NCBI RefSeq assembly: GCF_009914755.1
Contig: NC_060939.1
Source: the human T2T-CHM13v2.0 reference genome, Homo sapiens
Direction: 5' to 3' (one strand)
DNA: 64,000 nucleotides
The notes beneath the pieces are model-generated. The model ran no database searches and was not told the origin of the DNA. It saw only the letters and a list, made by a program, of their open reading frames with translations. Numbering within the stretch: the first letter of the stretch is position 1; each line of letters starts with the position of its first letter. Shown here in pieces: positions 60,030 through 64,000 of this stretch. A program made the position numbers and the translations under genes.

Positions 60030-62890
60030 TTTCCTGAAAGTGACAAAATTATTCTAAAGTTTATCTTGAAGAAAAAATGTGTTGAGAGAAAAAAGGCTTT
60101 GGTATTTTAAAATGTATTTAAAAGTTTTAATAATTGAAACAGTATGGCACTTGTGTAAAAACAGATGAATATAAATTGATATATATAATTTATATATAAA
60201 TATATATCAATATATCTGTATCTATATTGAACATATAAAATGAAGGACACACCAGTGAGAAAGTGAGGGATTATCCCTCCTACATTATGAGAAAAATTGG
60301 CTTTGGGAAAAAAATTTTTAGATTCTTAAACTATAGCCCTAAATATATTCCACTTGGTTTAAAAAGTATGAATATTTAAAACTTAGTTTTATTTTAAAAT
60401 TTTTAAATTAAAAGAAAATATATGAAAACATTTAACTCTTCTTAGATTGGGTAAGGAATTTTTAAGCACTAAAAAATGGATGAAATCATCAAGGAAAACG
60501 CAAATAGATTCGACAACTTAAAAAATAAAAATGTCTGACACTAAAAAACCAAACGAATACCCAAACACTCTAGAAAAAGTATTTGAAGCAAGCTCAATAG
60601 ACAGAATTAAAGTCTTTAGCATACTTTTAAAACTTTCAGATAAGTACATTGTACCAGAATAGAAAAAGGGCAAAATATACGAAAACTAACAAACATATAA
60701 ACATTAATGAACTGAGCTGTTCAATCTTACTTGCCATAGATTTACTTATCATATTAAAAATTAATGTCAGGATGAATGCAGTGAGATACACATTCTCAAA
60801 CACATTAGTGGAAATCTATGTTATTACTACCTTTCTATACAGCAACTTTACAAGATATGTTAAAGGCATTAAAACGTTTACAATCTTTGTCAAAATAATT
60901 TCAAGCCTAGTAATTTTTGATAAAACTCTTATGTACAAAGGTATTCATCAAAAGATTATTTATATCATTCCTGACTAAAAAGAACAAAGGCTCCTTGGAG
61001 AAATGGCTGATTCCAGAGCAGAGGCAGGAAATGATAAAAAAAGCCTGAGGCACATCAAGCCAAAAAGCAAGGAAAACCAAAGACTAACAGAGAGATGCCA
61101 AGAGACCTGGAAGCCAGCTTGGAGGGGTGCCCAGTGGACAGCTTGAGCATCAGAAAGCTATTATAATTGATTGTAAAACATTAAAGAAAAAGCCATGCAT
61201 CTACAGTTAAAAAAATAGTAGTGGCTAGGTGTAGTGGCTCATGCCTGTAATCCCAGCACTTTGGGAGGCCAAGGCAGGAGGATTGCTTGGGTCCAGGAGT
61301 TTGAGATCAGCCTGGGCAACATGGTGAAACCCCGTCAGTATTTTTTTTTTTTTTTGAAACAATCTCACTCTGTCTCCCAAGCTGGAGTGCAGTTGCCGGA
61401 ACTTGGCTCACTGCAACCTCTGTCTCCTGTGTTCAAGCAATTCTCCTGCCTCAGCCTCCTGAGTAGCTGGGATTACTGGTGTGTGCCACCATGCCTGGCT
61501 AATTTTTGTATTTTTAGTAGAGATGGGGTTTCACCATGCTAGCCAGGGTGGTCTCAAACTCCTGACCTCAGGTGATCTGCCTGCCTCAGCCTCCCAAAGT
61601 GCTGGAATTACAAGCATGAGCCACCGCACCTGGTCTCTATTCTTTTTTAATTTTTATAAAAATAAAAATTTTTATAAAAATTAAAATTAAAAAGTAGTAA
61701 AATGAAAGAAACAAAAACTTATTTATCCCACACTTTAGTATTAAGAACGTAAGAAGTAAGCATTTGCCCAGAATTTTGAAAGAGAAAATCCTTCTTTCCC
61801 AAGGAATGGCATCTATCAAAAGTAAGTAAAATGACAGAACTAGAAAAATCACCATTTGCAACTCCCAGTGAAATGATTGGTTTAGGCAAGAATCACCAAC
61901 GATGCTAAAACCACTGGATGGAAAAATGTTAGGGAATAGGATAGTCTTGTGGTACCAAAGAAGCACCCCATAGACTATATACTAAGTGCAAAGTGAAAAA
62001 TATACCTTAAGTAAAGAAATCTACTGGTTACCACCTTAACCAAGTAATCAAACATTACATCTCTGATCATGGGACAACCTGTCGTTATATCCTTCTGAGT
62101 ATGTAATCACCTACAAAGTGTCCTTGCCAAATTATTTACCTAAATCTAATGAAGACATTGGACCTAACTTACAGTTTCAGGAAATCCAGGAACTGGAGAA
62201 ACAAGTTAAATGACACTCTAAGGGAACGATAAGACAAACCCAGAAAATGGAATGTTCTTAAAAACAATTGGCCTGATATCTTCAAAAAGTCGTTAATAAG
62301 CCAATACAAAGGTGGGTCTATTCTAGACTAAAAGGAATTAGAGTTATAACAACCAAATGCAGTTAATCTTTTCTGGCATTTTTGGCAGAAAAAAAAGCTA
62401 GCTATAAAAACATTTTGGGGACAACTGGGAAAATTTGAATACAGACAACATATTAGATGGTGTTAGAGAATTACTGTTAATTTTCTTAGGTATAATAAAT
62501 GTATTGTGGTTATGTGTAGAATGTCTTTACTCTTAGGAGAGTTATACTGAAGTCTTCAGAAGTAAAATGTTACAATGTTTACAATTTCCTCATTGCTTAA
62601 TTTTACAATATATTTTTTAAAAATTTATGCTGCCTTGGCCTCCCAAAGTGCTAGGATTACAGGGATAAACCACTGCATCCGGCCAACAATTTACTTTTAA
62701 ATGGTCCCACAAAACAGTAAAAAAAACAAACAACTCATTACATGTATCTATATCCATGCAGATCACACACACACACAAATAAAGAGAATAAATATGGTAA
62801 GCATTTAAAATACATTAAAAACACGGTGCCCTGATATGCATTGTACTATCCTTTCAACTTTTATGCTTAAAAATTTTCATAATAAAAAGC
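60030..62890 (+). mobile_element. Ancient L1ME and L1MC/MD-type 3' fragments
   Basis: Typical 3'-end motifs, e.g. aaaagaacaaaggctccttggagaaatggctgattccag and tgttaattttcttaggtataataaatgtattgtggttatg. Confidence 0.75.
61223..61634. mobile_element. Plus-strand Alu left monomer with a minus-strand AluS inserted at its 3' end (tail-to-tail)
   Basis: Monomer at 61223-61336, reverse Alu at 61341-61634. Confidence 0.92.
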
Positions 62891-63007
62891 TGGAGATATA
62901 TTATTTATTTAAAAAAGTTAACATCATGTATATTCTCAAAATTATGATGGTTAATTAGAGAACACTCAGAGTTGATATTTTGCAGCAATTAAACATATTT
63001 TCCCCCT

Positions 63008-63270
<263 letters not shown>

Positions 63271-63719
63271 AGGAAGAAAAATAGGATGCAAAACTTAATA
63301 GATGGCAAACATAGCCCGATCTCACTTTTTATATTTGTCCAACACGTTTATTGAGTATCTATAATGTGCCAGGAACTCTTCCAGGTGCATAAGAAGTAAA
63401 CACACTTAAAAGTTAATAGGATTGTCCCTGGCTGTTAAGATTGTAGGAGATCCTTATTAGGTTCTGATACTTTTCCAAACATTGCAAATTATATGCAGTG
63501 AGTTTTACAGTAAAAGTAATACACAAGCATTTTATTTAAGACCAGTCATCAGAAATTTGATGTAACTAATAGTCAATGTTGACTGTGCCCTTGGCAAGTG
63601 ACAAACAATCCCTCTTCTCTCTGCCGTACAGGGACAAATCCATTTTGCCCTTCCAATAACTCTTTGAGGTGAGTATTACTATCCCCCATTTTACACATAC
63701 AGAAGCTAAGCACTGAGAG

Positions 63720-63921
63720 GGTTGGTAATCTGCCCCCAAAGAACACTTGGCAATGTTTGCATTTTGGGTTGTCACACTGGGTGTGCGTGTAGAGGAGGGC
63801 GTTGATTAAGATAGAGGCCAGGGATGCAGCTAAACATCCTAGGATGTACAGGATAACATCCTCCCTGCTCAGCTTATGAATAGCTCCAAATGTCAGCAGT
63901 GCCAAAGTTGAAAAACCCTGG
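63720..63921 (+). mobile_element. MER20 inserted in a MIR
   Basis: gagaggccagggatgcagctaaacatcct...aaatgtcagcagtgccaaagttgaaaaaccctg, with MIR-like flanks on both sides. Confidence 0.8.
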
Positions 63922-64000
63922 TCTCGGATCACTTTGCTGGTAAGTGGTAGAGCCCAGCGCTGAGGCCAGGCAGCCTGAATTCCAAGCCCACACTCACCAT

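Overview
This is primate (human or great-ape-type) genomic DNA, roughly half of it interspersed repeats. These include about 28 Alu elements, a near-full-length dead L1PA4-like element (7082-13171), a young 5'-truncated L1PA2-like insertion, old L1M/L1ME fragments, MaLR/ERVL LTRs, hAT and Tigger MERs, MIR and L2. I found no intact cellular protein-coding gene, RNA gene or CRISPR array, and most ORF-track entries are repeat-derived noise. The main unexplained signal is a series of minus-strand exon-shaped segments from about 59784 down to 199, most with AG/GT splice sites and phases that chain into one reading frame. Two of them (35323-34674 once an AluSp is removed, and 539-199) translate into visibly homologous ~110-aa units. 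Another carries a frameshifted EF-hand-like motif. I infer a decayed multi-exon protein-coding gene (a unitary-pseudogene-like fossil) with a duplicated domain I do not recognise, and possibly still spliced as a lncRNA. Its introns hold CpG-retaining, TE-free enhancer-like blocks. I could not identify the locus from sequence alone. All translations and alignments were done by hand and need computational confirmation, and repeat family names are from recall of consensus sequences.
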